Notes: generated by a model not told the origin, from the letters alone. Positions 53,209 through 63,657 are shown, counted from the first letter of the stretch. The stretch: DNA of 64,000 nt from Nitrosopumilus sp. (GCA_965238275.1 OZ250186.1:1376001-1440000); one strand, 5' to 3'. Translations and numbers: made by a program.

Positions 53209-53493
53209 CTATTTGAGTGGAATTGAATTCTTTTCCAGATCAACTAGACCCGGCTTGTTTTTCGCAAAGATCCAGAATACCGCCCCATTCTTGTCATAAG
53301 ATATTTTGTTTGATTCTTCCAAATACGTCAACACTTTCTTGAAGGTGGCATGCTGTACACCGCGTGGCAGTGCCCCATACAGTTCTGTTACGGTTCTAAA
53401 ACCGTGATTTTTTTCAATCGTTTGCTCTATCATCTGTATGGTATCCAGATTTGGACTATGGCTTTTCTTCTTGAGCGCAGCGGTTTTACTCAC
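53209..53493 (-). CDS. winged-HTH protein
   Basis: SPNLDTIQMIE...TELYGALPRGVQHATFKKVLTYLEESNKI..D..G..WIF. Confidence 0.75.
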   Translation of the reverse strand: MSKTAALKKKSHSPNLDTIQMIEQTIEKNHGFRTVTELYGALPRGVQHATFKKVLTYLEESNKISYDKNGAVFWIFAKNKPGLVDLEKNSIPLK

Positions 53494-53809
53494 ACAGTAT
53501 AATGTACATTAATGTATATATACATTATTGTATATAATGGATAACCCCGATGAGACTCATCTGGTAAACTTTCAACGCACATAAGACTATGAGGCCTCTT
53601 GCTAAGCATCACATCCTGTTAGCTCTTCGGCTGGCTGGGGTATCCGTTTGAGAACTTTGGCGCGTCAGTGTGGATTGGTGCCAAGGCGACAGAAAATTCC
53701 ATGTCCGTTGTGAGAAGACAGGTGCATCCAACACCACCCATGGTGGAATAATTAATCCATATTGTCTATATCTTTTGAATGCAACGTTTATGATCATGTA
53801 TTAAAAAAG

Positions 53810-53998
53810 ATGCCCATGACAGAGTCATGCACCGCCTTTACAAACCTGGTCGACGGGCTAGTGGAATTCTCCGGGGATGATCCGGAACTGCTCAAAGAGA
53901 TACGGTGGCTTGACGAACAGGCACGGCAAAAGCACATCTCGTTTTACGACATGGTCTTTGAAGTACTGTATCGGCATGATCAGAGCCCTGAATTATAA
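53810..53998 (+). CDS. small thaumarchaeal protein (ISFYD motif)
   Basis: DPELLKEIRWLDEQARQKHISFYDMV. Confidence 0.7.
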   Translation: MPMTESCTAFTNLVDGLVEFSGDDPELLKEIRWLDEQARQKHISFYDMVFEVLYRHDQSPEL

Positions 53999-54447
53999 AT
54001 CCTCCAAAATCACGCACACCCTGAATTTAAAACAGGCTTGCCGGCAGTCTGCAGGATCTGTACCTTATTTTAAAATTCATTTTATAAAATCCGGTTTTAA
54101 TACACATATTTTTCATAATGCCGCGCACAAATCCTGATACCATCTGATTATTTGTGACAGTGATGCCCTGCCCGCGGCATCGTTTCTGCAATATTTGACA
54201 AATTTCAGCCGGTTTGGATTGGTTTTGGTGGCAAAATGTCGTTCATTTTGTATGTCTGCTGCGTGTCCGGTCAGCAGAATGGATCAAAAACAGCCGTGCC
54301 TGAAATCCGAGATGCTTCGGCAGGAATAATTTCATCACACCGGGGAAAAATCCCTCCACAAACATGTCTGCCCACCGGATGTCCCCAAATATCGCCGGTC
54401 AACTCTGCAGGCATGTGCGGTGCCTGACCACAAGATCCGCCGGGGAA

Positions 54448-55617
54448 TCAGAATCTCAAATCCAATGTCTTGTATTCGCAGCCATCTGGCCCGCAATACT
54501 TTCCGACATACGTCGCCTTTGGTCTGTACAATGCAGGCTTTGGAGCAGCCTCTGCAAACTTTTCCTCTATTATGTGTGCGGCCCATCCCACAACCCTGGA
54601 GATTGCAAAGATTGGGGTGTTCATGTCTACTGGAATTCTCAGCATGTAGTAGACTGAGGCACTGTACAAATCCACGTTGGGGTAGATGTCCCTGCCTTTA
54701 CTCGACTTCATCTCAGAGATGGTAGTCGTCTCGACTTTTTCAGTCATGTCAAACCATGGCTGGCCTGTCTTCTTTGCAAGGCTTCTTGAGAGATCCTTTA
54801 GAATCTGCGCCCTGGGATCATACGTCCTGTACACTGCATGCCCCATTCCCATGATTCTGTTGCCCTTGCCCATCTCTTCTTTGATCCAGCCTTCTGCCTT
54901 TTCTATGCTGTCAATATCCATCAGCATCTTCATGACCTCCGTGTTTGCCCCTCCATGAAGCTCGCCGCTTAGCGCCCCTATTGCCGAGCTTGATGCAGAA
55001 TACATGTGCGCCCTTGTTGATGCAACCTGCCTTGCTGTAAATGTGGATGCGTTGAACGTGTGGTCTGCATGAAGAATCAGGCATACGTCAAAGATCTTCT
55101 CGACGTCCGGATCCGGCTTTTTACCTGACATCATGTACAAAAAGTTTGCAGCATGGCCAAGCTTCGGATCCGGGTCTATGATGCTCAAGCCGTTCCTGAT
55201 TCTCTGCCAGCTTGCTATGATGGTCGGCACCTTTGCAATGAGGTTGATTGCCCTGTCGTAGCTTGCATTCTTGTTTGAAAACTCCTCGTCATAGTATCCT
55301 GCAAGCGCCGCCACAAACGCCTGGAGCATATCCATGGGGTCTGCGTCCTTTCTCCAGTTTCCCATGTTCTTTTGCATCTGTTTTGGAATGAACCTGGCGT
55401 CAATCAGCTTTCTGCTAAACTGTTCTAACTGCGGCCTTGTCGGCAGTTCGTCGTAAAGAAGGAGGTACGCTGTCTCCTCAAATGTCGATTTTTTTGTAAG
55501 CTCTACAATATCAAATCCCCTGTAGATGAGCCTGCCGTTCTCCCCGTCAATGTTTGAGATTCTCGTGTCTGCAACCTCGATCCCGCGCAGCCCTATGTTC
55601 TTAGTCTCCATACCCAA
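54448..55617 (-). CDS. gltA: citrate synthase
   Basis: GRLIYRG, LHADHTFNAST, LHGGAN, GMGHAVY..YDPR, YPNVD. Confidence 0.96.
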   Translation of the reverse strand: MGMETKNIGLRGIEVADTRISNIDGENGRLIYRGFDIVELTKKSTFEETAYLLLYDELPTRPQLEQFSRKLIDARFIPKQMQKNMGNWRKDADPMDMLQAFVAALAGYYDEEFSNKNASYDRAINLIAKVPTIIASWQRIRNGLSIIDPDPKLGHAANFLYMMSGKKPDPDVEKIFDVCLILHADHTFNASTFTARQVASTRAHMYSASSSAIGALSGELHGGANTEVMKMLMDIDSIEKAEGWIKEEMGKGNRIMGMGHAVYRTYDPRAQILKDLSRSLAKKTGQPWFDMTEKVETTTISEMKSSKGRDIYPNVDLYSASVYYMLRIPVDMNTPIFAISRVVGWAAHIIEEKFAEAAPKPALYRPKATYVGKYCGPDGCEYKTLDLRF

Positions 55618-56128
55618 AAAGTGGACAAAATGCTTATTATACCTTCACTGATGTGTGCCGGTACCGGTCTTGGTCAGCATGCGTCAGGCTCTAGGCATAA
55701 AATAATGGATTCTACACGGGTTCATGCATGATTTTGAGGGAGGCCGAGACTGTTGCGCGGAATCCTGCAGCCTGCTGCTTACTGGAGGCGTCCTTTCTCA
55801 TACCGGCATATCTGAAAGTATGCCTGATTCCAGGCAGGCGCCAGTGGCATCTATTTTACACAAACCATGTGTACGGGAGGCATTCCTACTACTACTACTA
55901 TTACCCGCCTGAGTTCCTCCTGACCTGTTTAATTCATAGCGCGTCAAATGACTTGCATCGTTTTTGGCCTGCCTGGTTCAATTTTGCCCGGATTTTTTAG
56001 GCCCAATGGCATATTTCAAACATGCAATCCGGGCGTATATTTTTCGTGGGAATTATGCATATAAATTTAGTATTTAGTCTAACATGACAACCTTTGCTCA
56101 TAAATTATAACTTTTGATTAAAAATTAA

Positions 56129-56317
56129 ATGACACCGACAGAACGGCGACACTTGCAAGCCATTGACGATCTGATATTAAAGGCGTCTCCTGACGAACTA
56201 AAAAGGATTCAGAGAGTCGACTACCAAACACAGATGGACGGCATATCCTTTTATGACGTATATGTTGACTCTGACTCACTGATCAGCGGCAACATCAAAG
56301 AGTCGTTTGGAAAATAG
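56129..56317 (+). CDS. small thaumarchaeal protein (ISFYD motif)
   Basis: PDELKRIQRVDYQTQMDGISFYDVY; AT-rich promoter upstream. Confidence 0.7.
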   Translation: MTPTERRHLQAIDDLILKASPDELKRIQRVDYQTQMDGISFYDVYVDSDSLISGNIKESFGK

Positions 56318-56679
56318 CAGACATGCATATGGGAGTGATGGGTTGTTCCTACATCGTGCTCTCATGTGTGGCAGCAGAAGTTAATTTTCAGTAATTGCCT
56401 GGCCTGAAGGTAAAATGTCCGGTGGCAACTGTGGATTTAGAAATCAATAAAACTCAATTATTCGGGTGACTTTTGCATAAGATGATCACATCCTGCTGAC
56501 TGCTGTCATGCCTCACAGATAATACCGCAATCCTGCCAAAACAGTCCCAAGCGTAATCCGTATTGACCACAGGCATTGTACAGGTTTGTTTAGTTTTTTC
56601 AAACCGCCCAGACTGCGCTCTGCCACACACCCATACTTCATTTAAATGAGGGCGGAAATTCCGTTACGTTGGATAGACC

Positions 56680-57747
56680 ATGTCTAACACTTCTAAGAAG
56701 ACTGCCAGAAATTCAAAAAACGTAACGGCTGCGGCTGTTGCTGCAAAGACGCCTGCCGTCCAGAAGACCAGAATAGCATGCATCTCCCACAAGGAGGATG
56801 CCGACGGCATCAGTTCTGCTGCACTGATAAGGCAGGCCTTTGGCGGCGACTCCATTCTGGTTGACTATCCGGGACAGATGGAGGCACTGCAGCAGATCGT
56901 CCAGGACGAGGAGCTCAAGTCGCTGTATATCTGTGATCTGGGCCTCAGCAAGAAGACGCAGGATGAATTCGTCGAAATCATGACCGCTCTTCGAAAGCGC
57001 AGGGTATCAGTCACATACATTGATCATCATGACATAGATCCGGACGTTGTTGCTGCCCTGCAGAAGATCAAAGTCAAGATGATCCATGATATCAACGAAT
57101 GCACGGCAGTCCAGGTTTACTCTGCATTCAAGTCCAAACTTGATGATCATGCCTCCTTTGTTGCAGCATGCGCTGCAATTACAGACTATATGGAGGACAG
57201 ACCAATAGGCTCAAGCCTGCTTCAAATCTATGACAGGCAGTTTGCACTGATTAATGCCACAGTACTGACGTACAATATTGTGGGACACCAAAAGGATCCC
57301 GACTACCTGCTGTACCTTGTAGAGGAACTGGCAGAATCCATGTTCCCGCACCAGATGCCAAACACGTTTGAGTTTGCGCAGATTCAGGTGGAGAAGCTTG
57401 CCTCCATGATTGCCCTGGTAAAAGACGAGATGAAGACCAAGAAGAACCTTGGATACATGGAGATACATGACGCAGGCGCAAGCGGTGCGGTCAACTTCGT
57501 ACTTGGCCTGTCTGGAAAGAGCGTAGGCGTTGCATACAAGGAACGCATAGACCATGGAATCTACGCAGTGTCCGTACGCGGTTCCAAGTCGTGCAAGTTT
57601 CATCTTGGCAAGATAGTAAACATACTGGCCACCGATCTTGGAGGCTCCGGAGGAGGACACGACAAGGCATGCGGCGCAGTCATTCCAAAACCAAAGATAA
57701 AAAAATTCATCACCGAACTGAACAAGAGATTGGCAGATCCCGCGTGA
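56680..57747 (+). CDS. DHH/DHHA1 phosphoesterase
   Basis: SHKEDADG, CDLG, IDHH, SVRG, GGGHDKACG. Confidence 0.9.
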   Translation: MSNTSKKTARNSKNVTAAAVAAKTPAVQKTRIACISHKEDADGISSAALIRQAFGGDSILVDYPGQMEALQQIVQDEELKSLYICDLGLSKKTQDEFVEIMTALRKRRVSVTYIDHHDIDPDVVAALQKIKVKMIHDINECTAVQVYSAFKSKLDDHASFVAACAAITDYMEDRPIGSSLLQIYDRQFALINATVLTYNIVGHQKDPDYLLYLVEELAESMFPHQMPNTFEFAQIQVEKLASMIALVKDEMKTKKNLGYMEIHDAGASGAVNFVLGLSGKSVGVAYKERIDHGIYAVSVRGSKSCKFHLGKIVNILATDLGGSGGGHDKACGAVIPKPKIKKFITELNKRLADPA

Positions 57748-57828
57748 CTTTCTACCAGAACCGCCGCCACGTGCATGATAGTATAATTGGAATAATTTTT
57801 TAATAATTCGACGCCAAATAAGTGTCAG

Positions 57829-59055
57829 TTGAATCTAAAGATTGTCGCAGCTGCAGTTGTTGCAGGCATCGTGCTTGTAATGCTGGCAGGTGTGATTCAG
57901 AGCCAGCCTACAGCTAGCGACCCGGCACCCTCCGTTGATACTATACCGGTAACTGCACCAGACGAGACCGTGCCTGTAACTGCACCAGACGAGACCGTGC
58001 CTGTAACTGCACCAGACGAGACCGTGCCTGTAACTGCACCAGATGATGCGGATCCCGCTGATGCTAAAAGTACCGTAACCATCATGGAAACTGACGGCGT
58101 CCTGCATACCATACCTCTTGGGGAGATCAGAGGCGGCGGCCCCCCCAAGGACGGCATTCCATCCATCGACGATCCCGTGTTTGCAGAAGTTGCAGACTCT
58201 GCATTCATGTCAGATTCTGACACGGTAATAGGCCTTGAGATCAACGGCCAGGCAAGGGCGTATCCGCTCTTTATTCTGGTGTGGCATGAGATAGTAAACG
58301 ACGAGGTGGGAGGAACCCCGGTATCTGTTACCTATTGCCCGTTGTGCTATACCAACCAGGTCTTTGAGAGGATCATTGACGGACAGACCGTGGAGTTTGG
58401 CACCTCTGGAAAATTGTACAACAGCAATCTTCTGATGTATGACCGACTGACTGAGTCCTACTGGAGCCAGGCAGTCGGTCTGGCAGTAAAGGGTCCGCTG
58501 AGCGGACGCGTGCTGGAGACTGTCCCGTTTGACGTGATTACATGGGGGGACTGGAAGGGCCTTCATCCTGACACCCTTGTACTTACCACCGACACGGGAC
58601 ACGCCCGCGCGTACAATGTCGATCCCTATGGCAGCTACTATACGGATCGCCGCGTGATGTTCCCCATAGACAACAGGGACGACCGGCTGCACCCCAAGGA
58701 GATAATTTTGGGATTTAGCATGGGCAATACCTCCAAGGCATATCCGCAGAGCGTCGTGGAGTCAGAGGCGCTCATCAATGATGCCATCGGAGACACCCCT
58801 GTGCTAATTGCCTCCCTGTTCCCAGAGAATGCCCGCGCGTTTGAAAGGACGGTGGGAGGCCAGGTTCTGGACTTTGAGTATGAAGATGGCCGCATAACCG
58901 ATACCGGCTCCGGCTCCGTGTGGAGCTATGACGGGCTGGCAGTGTCTGGCACCCTTCGAGGCGAGCAGCTGGAGAGGCTGTCAATAGAGCCCGGATTCTG
59001 GTTTGAGTGGTTTGCGTTTCACCCACAGACCCTGATTTATGGTGATGGCAGCTGA
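57829..59055 (+). CDS. DUF3179 domain membrane-anchored protein
   Basis: GGPPKDGIPSID, RAYP, WHEIVND, TYCPLC, FGTSGKLYNSNL, FWFEWFAFHP. Confidence 0.88.
   Translation: MNLKIVAAAVVAGIVLVMLAGVIQSQPTASDPAPSVDTIPVTAPDETVPVTAPDETVPVTAPDETVPVTAPDDADPADAKSTVTIMETDGVLHTIPLGEIRGGGPPKDGIPSIDDPVFAEVADSAFMSDSDTVIGLEINGQARAYPLFILVWHEIVNDEVGGTPVSVTYCPLCYTNQVFERIIDGQTVEFGTSGKLYNSNLLMYDRLTESYWSQAVGLAVKGPLSGRVLETVPFDVITWGDWKGLHPDTLVLTTDTGHARAYNVDPYGSYYTDRRVMFPIDNRDDRLHPKEIILGFSMGNTSKAYPQSVVESEALINDAIGDTPVLIASLFPENARAFERTVGGQVLDFEYEDGRITDTGSGSVWSYDGLAVSGTLRGEQLERLSIEPGFWFEWFAFHPQTLIYGDGS
57949..58044 (+). repeat. 27-bp coding tandem repeat (VTAPDETVP) x about 3.5
   Basis: GTAACTGCACCAGACGAGACCGTGCCT repeated exactly. 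Confidence 0.9.
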
Positions 59056-59540
59056 GTCCTGCCAGAAAAGCAGTCCTCGCCGGTGCTGCAACCATTGCCA
59101 TTTATCTTCTGGTGGTCATACTCACCACTCCCGCACTGGATCCCCTGGATGCAGTCAGTGCCGCCTTTCAGCTAAACTCTGTTGTAATAATGGGGATGGG
59201 AATTGGAATAGGGCTTCAGGTGTTCCTCTCCGGGAAGGCCAGGATGATGGGATGCAGGATTGGCAAGCCAAGAAGGACATTTGGGGGAAACTCCGGCAGT
59301 ACGGCTGCCACGTCGTTCTTCTCGTTCTTTTCCCTGGTTCCGCTGGGATGCTGCGGCTGGTGGCTCTACCTGCTGTCACTGCTTCCTGGCGTGGTGGGTA
59401 CCGGGGCCTCGGCTGTCCTGATAGAGCACAGCCAGGCATTGGCATATGCAGGGCTCGGGGTCATCTATGGGTTTGTAGGGCTTGCAGCATACCGGCTGAG
59501 AAGGGAGCGCATGATGCGCAGCCTAGCTAGGTCTGACTAG
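59052..59540 (+). CDS. four-TM membrane protein with GCCG motif (start uncertain)
   Basis: frame is open from CTG 59052 (LSPARKAVLAG...), overlapping the DUF3179 stop; LVPLGCCGWW. Confidence 0.7.
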   Translation: MSPARKAVLAGAATIAIYLLVVILTTPALDPLDAVSAAFQLNSVVIMGMGIGIGLQVFLSGKARMMGCRIGKPRRTFGGNSGSTAATSFFSFFSLVPLGCCGWWLYLLSLLPGVVGTGASAVLIEHSQALAYAGLGVIYGFVGLAAYRLRRERMMRSLARSD

Positions 59541-59888
59541 CAGTGCCACGGGATCCCCCCTGCCCCTGCTGAGAAACTTTGCAATCCTTGCCCTGAACCC
59601 ATATCTCTTCTCTCTGAGCCTTACTGCCTCCTCTGTCCGGGAACTGTCCAGTATTGCAGCCGTGCCTGAAACCCACTCCCCGGTTACCACGCCCTTGATG
59701 GTGCATGCTGCAATTCTTACCTGGCAGTTGCCCCTGAGGCGCTTTACCTTGCCTGTCTGATCCCTTGTCACAATCAGGACGCCCTCGTCTGTCACAACAA
59801 ACCACACCGGCGTCCTTACCGGCTTTCCGTTCTTTCTGTATGTCTCAAGCGAGACGTACTTTTCAGTACTTAGCCAGTCCGGAATCAT
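59523..59888 (-). CDS. PPOX-class F420-dependent oxidoreductase
   Basis: YVSLETYRKNGKPVRTPVW, GKVKRLR. Confidence 0.88.
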   Translation of the reverse strand: MIPDWLSTEKYVSLETYRKNGKPVRTPVWFVVTDEGVLIVTRDQTGKVKRLRGNCQVRIAACTIKGVVTGEWVSGTAAILDSSRTEEAVRLREKRYGFRARIAKFLSRGRGDPVALLVRPS

Positions 59889-60136
59889 ACCCTACTTGGG
59901 CTGCATCTGTATAAAACTGATAATACCGTGTACGGAAACTGCATGCCAAGACACGCACTGCCAAATCCCCCTGAAACTGTGACCTGTCCTACCGTGGAAT
60001 GTCCTACCGGTTGGATCTGTACGCCCTGATTATCCTTTTGACCTGCCTGTAGCCAAGGACGGGAAGCACGCACCAGGGACACCCTATCTGCGTCACAGAA
60101 CAGCAACACAGACACTGGCATTTGCCCCCTTGATGA

Positions 60137-60334
60137 TTACATTCTTGGCAGATCATACTTTTTGTTCCTAGGCTTTGTTCTTAACCTTGTCTTGCAACAC
60201 GGACATACGATGTTGTCTACAAGAAAGAATCTTGCACAACGCGAGCACCATTTCTGGCCTCTCTTGTAGTGCAGTTTGTCCGTGAACGTCGTGACCCTCA
60301 ACTGCTCACACATTCCCCTGCATACCTGGGCCAT
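60137..60334 (-). CDS. small zinc-ribbon protein
   Basis: CRGMC, Y..GQKWCSRC, CPCC..LRTKPR. Confidence 0.8.
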   Translation of the reverse strand: MAQVCRGMCEQLRVTTFTDKLHYKRGQKWCSRCARFFLVDNIVCPCCKTRLRTKPRNKKYDLPRM

Positions 60335-60769
60335 GCCATATTGGGTTACCAAATATATTTAAAACAACATCCAAATTCAATCCTAATGCCGCCGCAATCC
60401 TCATATATTATTAAATACTGCAACAGGACTACCCCGCTTCTCCATCTCAAACCATGCGCGGATGTCCCTTTTGGCCAAGTATCCGGACATGGCGTACAAC
60501 ATTTGCGCAACCTTTTGCATGTACCTATAAGCCGAGAACGGCGTCTCCTGTACAGTCACAGACAGATTCGTGGGAACCGGCCAACTGTTGCAGGACTCTG
60601 CACCATGCCGGGCCGGATCAGATGATTTGTGCGGTACTGCCAGTTTTGGACCTGCCAGGATGGGGGGCATGTACCGTCCTCCCGCCGCGACTCTTTCGTG
60701 TTGGAATCTGCGCATCCTGATTCAGGCGCAGACAGGATGTACCTGTGGTTCCAGTCTGCTTATCTGACA

Positions 60770-61234
60770 CTACTCTCCTGCAACCTCTATTATTGCATCG
60801 ATCTCAGTCATTGCATCCAGGGGAAGTCCTGCCACGCCGACTGCGATCCTTGAGTGCGTTCCCCTCTTCTCCCCGAATACCTCCACCATGAGGTCCGAGG
60901 CTGGATTGATCACCTTTGGATGCTGCGAGAATTCGGGGGACGAGTTTACAAATCCTGACAGCCTCACAATTCTGGATACCCTCTCCAGATCCCCCAGCTC
61001 CCTCTTGGCCTGCGCCAGGATGCCGACTGCGCACATTCTTGCAGATCTTTGCGCCTCCCCAAGGTTTCTGCCTGTAACCTTTCCTGTAAAAAGTACCTTG
61101 CCGTCCCTTATTGGGATCTGCCCTGATATGTATAGCAGGTCTCCTGTCCTGACTGCAGGAACGTATGATCCTGCAGGTGCCGGAGGCTCGGGAAGCACTA
61201 TCCCAAGTGACCTGATTCTCTCCTCAATCAACAT
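60770..61234 (-). CDS. RidA/YjgF family protein
   Basis: PAGSYVP, ISGQIP, NPASDL..EVFGE..HSRIAVG..LP. Confidence 0.9.
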   Translation of the reverse strand: MLIEERIRSLGIVLPEPPAPAGSYVPAVRTGDLLYISGQIPIRDGKVLFTGKVTGRNLGEAQRSARMCAVGILAQAKRELGDLERVSRIVRLSGFVNSSPEFSQHPKVINPASDLMVEVFGEKRGTHSRIAVGVAGLPLDAMTEIDAIIEVAGE

Positions 61235-61260
61235 GACGGTGGGGGATCCCCTGACTGATT

Positions 61261-62421
61261 TTAGTTTTTGCTTATCCTGATGTGGGCGCTTTCGCCCTTG
61301 TGGGGGGTGTTCTGGAATACGGTCCTTGTCCCGTAACCCTGTTTTTGCAGGCACCTGTCGAGCACCGAGACCCACGGCAGGGAATGGCCGCTGTTCAGCC
61401 TTGACTCAACTGTGACACCCATGCCGTTTGGTTCAAGGACTACGCGTCCGGAACACGTGATCTGCACTATTGCATCCATCATCTCCACAACCTCCTCAAT
61501 CGATCTTGATCCCAGAGATATCCCGTTCTTTTCCAAAAACTCAAGCATGTCAAAGTCCTGCCTCTTTGAGACCATTACCGAATCCAGCATGTACTCCAGT
61601 CCGGCATCGTTTGTCATCTTGATTATCTTGTAGATCTCATGCGCCTCAGCCTTTGTCATGTCGGCCATGGCTCTGGTCCGTATGGCACCCTTCCAGACGC
61701 CTGCAAATATCCTCTCTTGGTTCCCTCCAAGAATACCCGTCGATGAAAATATCACGCCGCTCCCATTGGCATTGTCGACTACCAGCAGCTGGGTGCCGTC
61801 AAAGATGAAGCAGTTCTGGGTAATCTCCGAGGCTCTTATGTCCACCCCGTCAGGTATTACCTTGAAGGGTTTTGAGCCTATGTGCGTGGGGGGGATTATG
61901 ATGCTGATCCCGACATCCCTCCGCAGCGCCGACAGCATCCTGTCCCTGCACTCGGCAAGAAACTCCAGGCCGCACTGGTCTGCCATTATCCTGATTGATG
62001 ACTTTGCACCGTCGATCATGTTCTGGAGCTGCAGCAGTACGTTGTTTGAGCTGAGCTGCACGTACCTCCTCTCCTCAGAGCCCCTTGATCTTCTGCTCTC
62101 CTCGCTTGTCTTTTTCAGGTTGAATATGAGCGAGTTCATCGCGTTTACCTTGTTGATCTGCTCGTGAATGATCTCATCAAAGGCGTCCTCCGGTGCGATC
62201 GGCGTGCACGTGATGGGTTTTGTCTGTGAGACGATTACGAGCTTTTTCTTTTCCAGCTTGAGCAGGGTCGGATAGATCTTTGTCCTTGGAATCTCAGAAT
62301 AGTATGCAAGCTCACTTGCAGCGATCGTCCCCTTGGTGATCAGGGTGACATATGCCTGGGCCTCGTACTTGCTCAGCCCGAACTCTTCTAGGCTTATGGT
62401 CAGCGCAAGCTCGTTTGCCAT
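61261..62421 (-). CDS. TrmB-family transcriptional regulator
   Basis: LEEFGLSKYEAQAY, IPRTKIY.TL.KL. Confidence 0.9.
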   Translation of the reverse strand: MANELALTISLEEFGLSKYEAQAYVTLITKGTIAASELAYYSEIPRTKIYPTLLKLEKKKLVIVSQTKPITCTPIAPEDAFDEIIHEQINKVNAMNSLIFNLKKTSEESRRSRGSEERRYVQLSSNNVLLQLQNMIDGAKSSIRIMADQCGLEFLAECRDRMLSALRRDVGISIIIPPTHIGSKPFKVIPDGVDIRASEITQNCFIFDGTQLLVVDNANGSGVIFSSTGILGGNQERIFAGVWKGAIRTRAMADMTKAEAHEIYKIIKMTNDAGLEYMLDSVMVSKRQDFDMLEFLEKNGISLGSRSIEEVVEMMDAIVQITCSGRVVLEPNGMGVTVESRLNSGHSLPWVSVLDRCLQKQGYGTRTVFQNTPHKGESAHIRISKN

Positions 62422-62581
62422 GTATCATTATGGACTTGTTATTAGGTAAGATCAAAAGCTAAATTCCTTTACACATGTGCTTAAAAAAATTTAAAACTGT
62501 ACCTGCGGCGTGGTGTGACCGTGGTTACTACGCTCTCTGATACAGGCCCCTCAAATACAAAATCTACGTCATCTATGTTGT

Positions 62582-63148
62582 ATGTTGATAAAAAATACAT
62601 CCTGCAGCAGGCCTCTCTCTGACACAATATTTCACTCTGTCACGCTTGTCCCAAGGCTGGAATACTGCGCCGGCCTCTTGGATGAGGCTGTTTGTATTAT
62701 GGAGAGGATGACAGCTGAAATCAGAAGTTCAAACCGGAACATCGCATGCGATCCTGACGACTCTGACTGGAACCATGCAGACTCTGTTGAGCAGGAGAGG
62801 ACTGCCGTGTTCTCTCTGGAGGTGTTGCTTCTGGTCAGGATGAGGCTGCAGAGGGTATCTGATGTGGGCATGATTCCCGGAGCCCTCTCGCCGCTTGTTC
62901 CTGTAATCCGTACAGTCAGTGCGGGACTGCACAAGACGGCCCCTGACTGCAGCCAAAACCTCTCCAAACTCTCAATTTACATGGGCAGCATCATACTTGA
63001 TTCTGCTGCCCTCACAAGGGCAAGGTTTGACTTTGAGCAGTCCGGCAGGGAGTCCTCTGTCCTGCTTGATAAAGTAAAGTTGATGGCAGACTCTAAAATA
63101 AGTAAGCAGTACCCTAATGTTGATCCTTTCATACCGTATACTGCTTGA
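62582..63148 (+). CDS. divergent ESCRT-III / CdvB paralog
   Basis: helical, LQRVSD.G..LSP..VIRTVSAGL pattern; lies two genes upstream of cdvC, as I recall for Nitrosopumilus. Confidence 0.65.
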   Translation: MLIKNTSCSRPLSDTIFHSVTLVPRLEYCAGLLDEAVCIMERMTAEIRSSNRNIACDPDDSDWNHADSVEQERTAVFSLEVLLLVRMRLQRVSDVGMIPGALSPLVPVIRTVSAGLHKTAPDCSQNLSKLSIYMGSIILDSAALTRARFDFEQSGRESSVLLDKVKLMADSKISKQYPNVDPFIPYTA

Positions 63149-63657
63149 CTATACTGAACCCCCTGCGGGGCTCTGACGGAGAGATCCGACGCGTGAGATC
63201 CATCTCGTCTGAGATCAACAAAAGACTGTCTGCGCTTGACTCCTCTGGAGATGATGATGATGATGATGATGATGATGCTGCCGCCGCCGCCGCCATCGCA
63301 AAACTCTCAACAGAAGAGATGCAGGACCTGAACAAGCTTGCAGGCATTGCAGACTTTTTGCTCTGCAAGTACGCCAACAAGAAGGATGCATACTCCATAT
63401 TCAAGGAGTTTGCATCAATCGTTGCCAAGACGGCCGACTCCCTTGAGCAGATAGACGATGAGATCTCAGAACTGATGCTGTCTGCAGACGACTCGGTTGG
63501 CAGGATAACTGACATGCGTACCAGAATCTCAGGCGGTTCTGATTTTGATCCCAAGTACGGCTACGGCCCTGACTATACCAATGAGGAGACCAGCCTGACA
63601 TTGGCTGCCGAACCTGAGCGTGTATCCGAGCCGGCAAAACGAGTGGAATTAATTTAA
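63145..63657 (+). CDS. hypothetical coiled-coil protein in the cdv locus
   Basis: overlaps the upstream gene; contains a D9-A6 low-complexity tract. Confidence 0.7.
   Translation: MTILNPLRGSDGEIRRVRSISSEINKRLSALDSSGDDDDDDDDDAAAAAAIAKLSTEEMQDLNKLAGIADFLLCKYANKKDAYSIFKEFASIVAKTADSLEQIDDEISELMLSADDSVGRITDMRTRISGGSDFDPKYGYGPDYTNEETSLTLAAEPERVSEPAKRVELI

Noticed and set aside
60401-60715. Possible ISH3-like transposase remnant
   Set aside because: Only a vague PTNLSV similarity; no catalytic motif or TIR.
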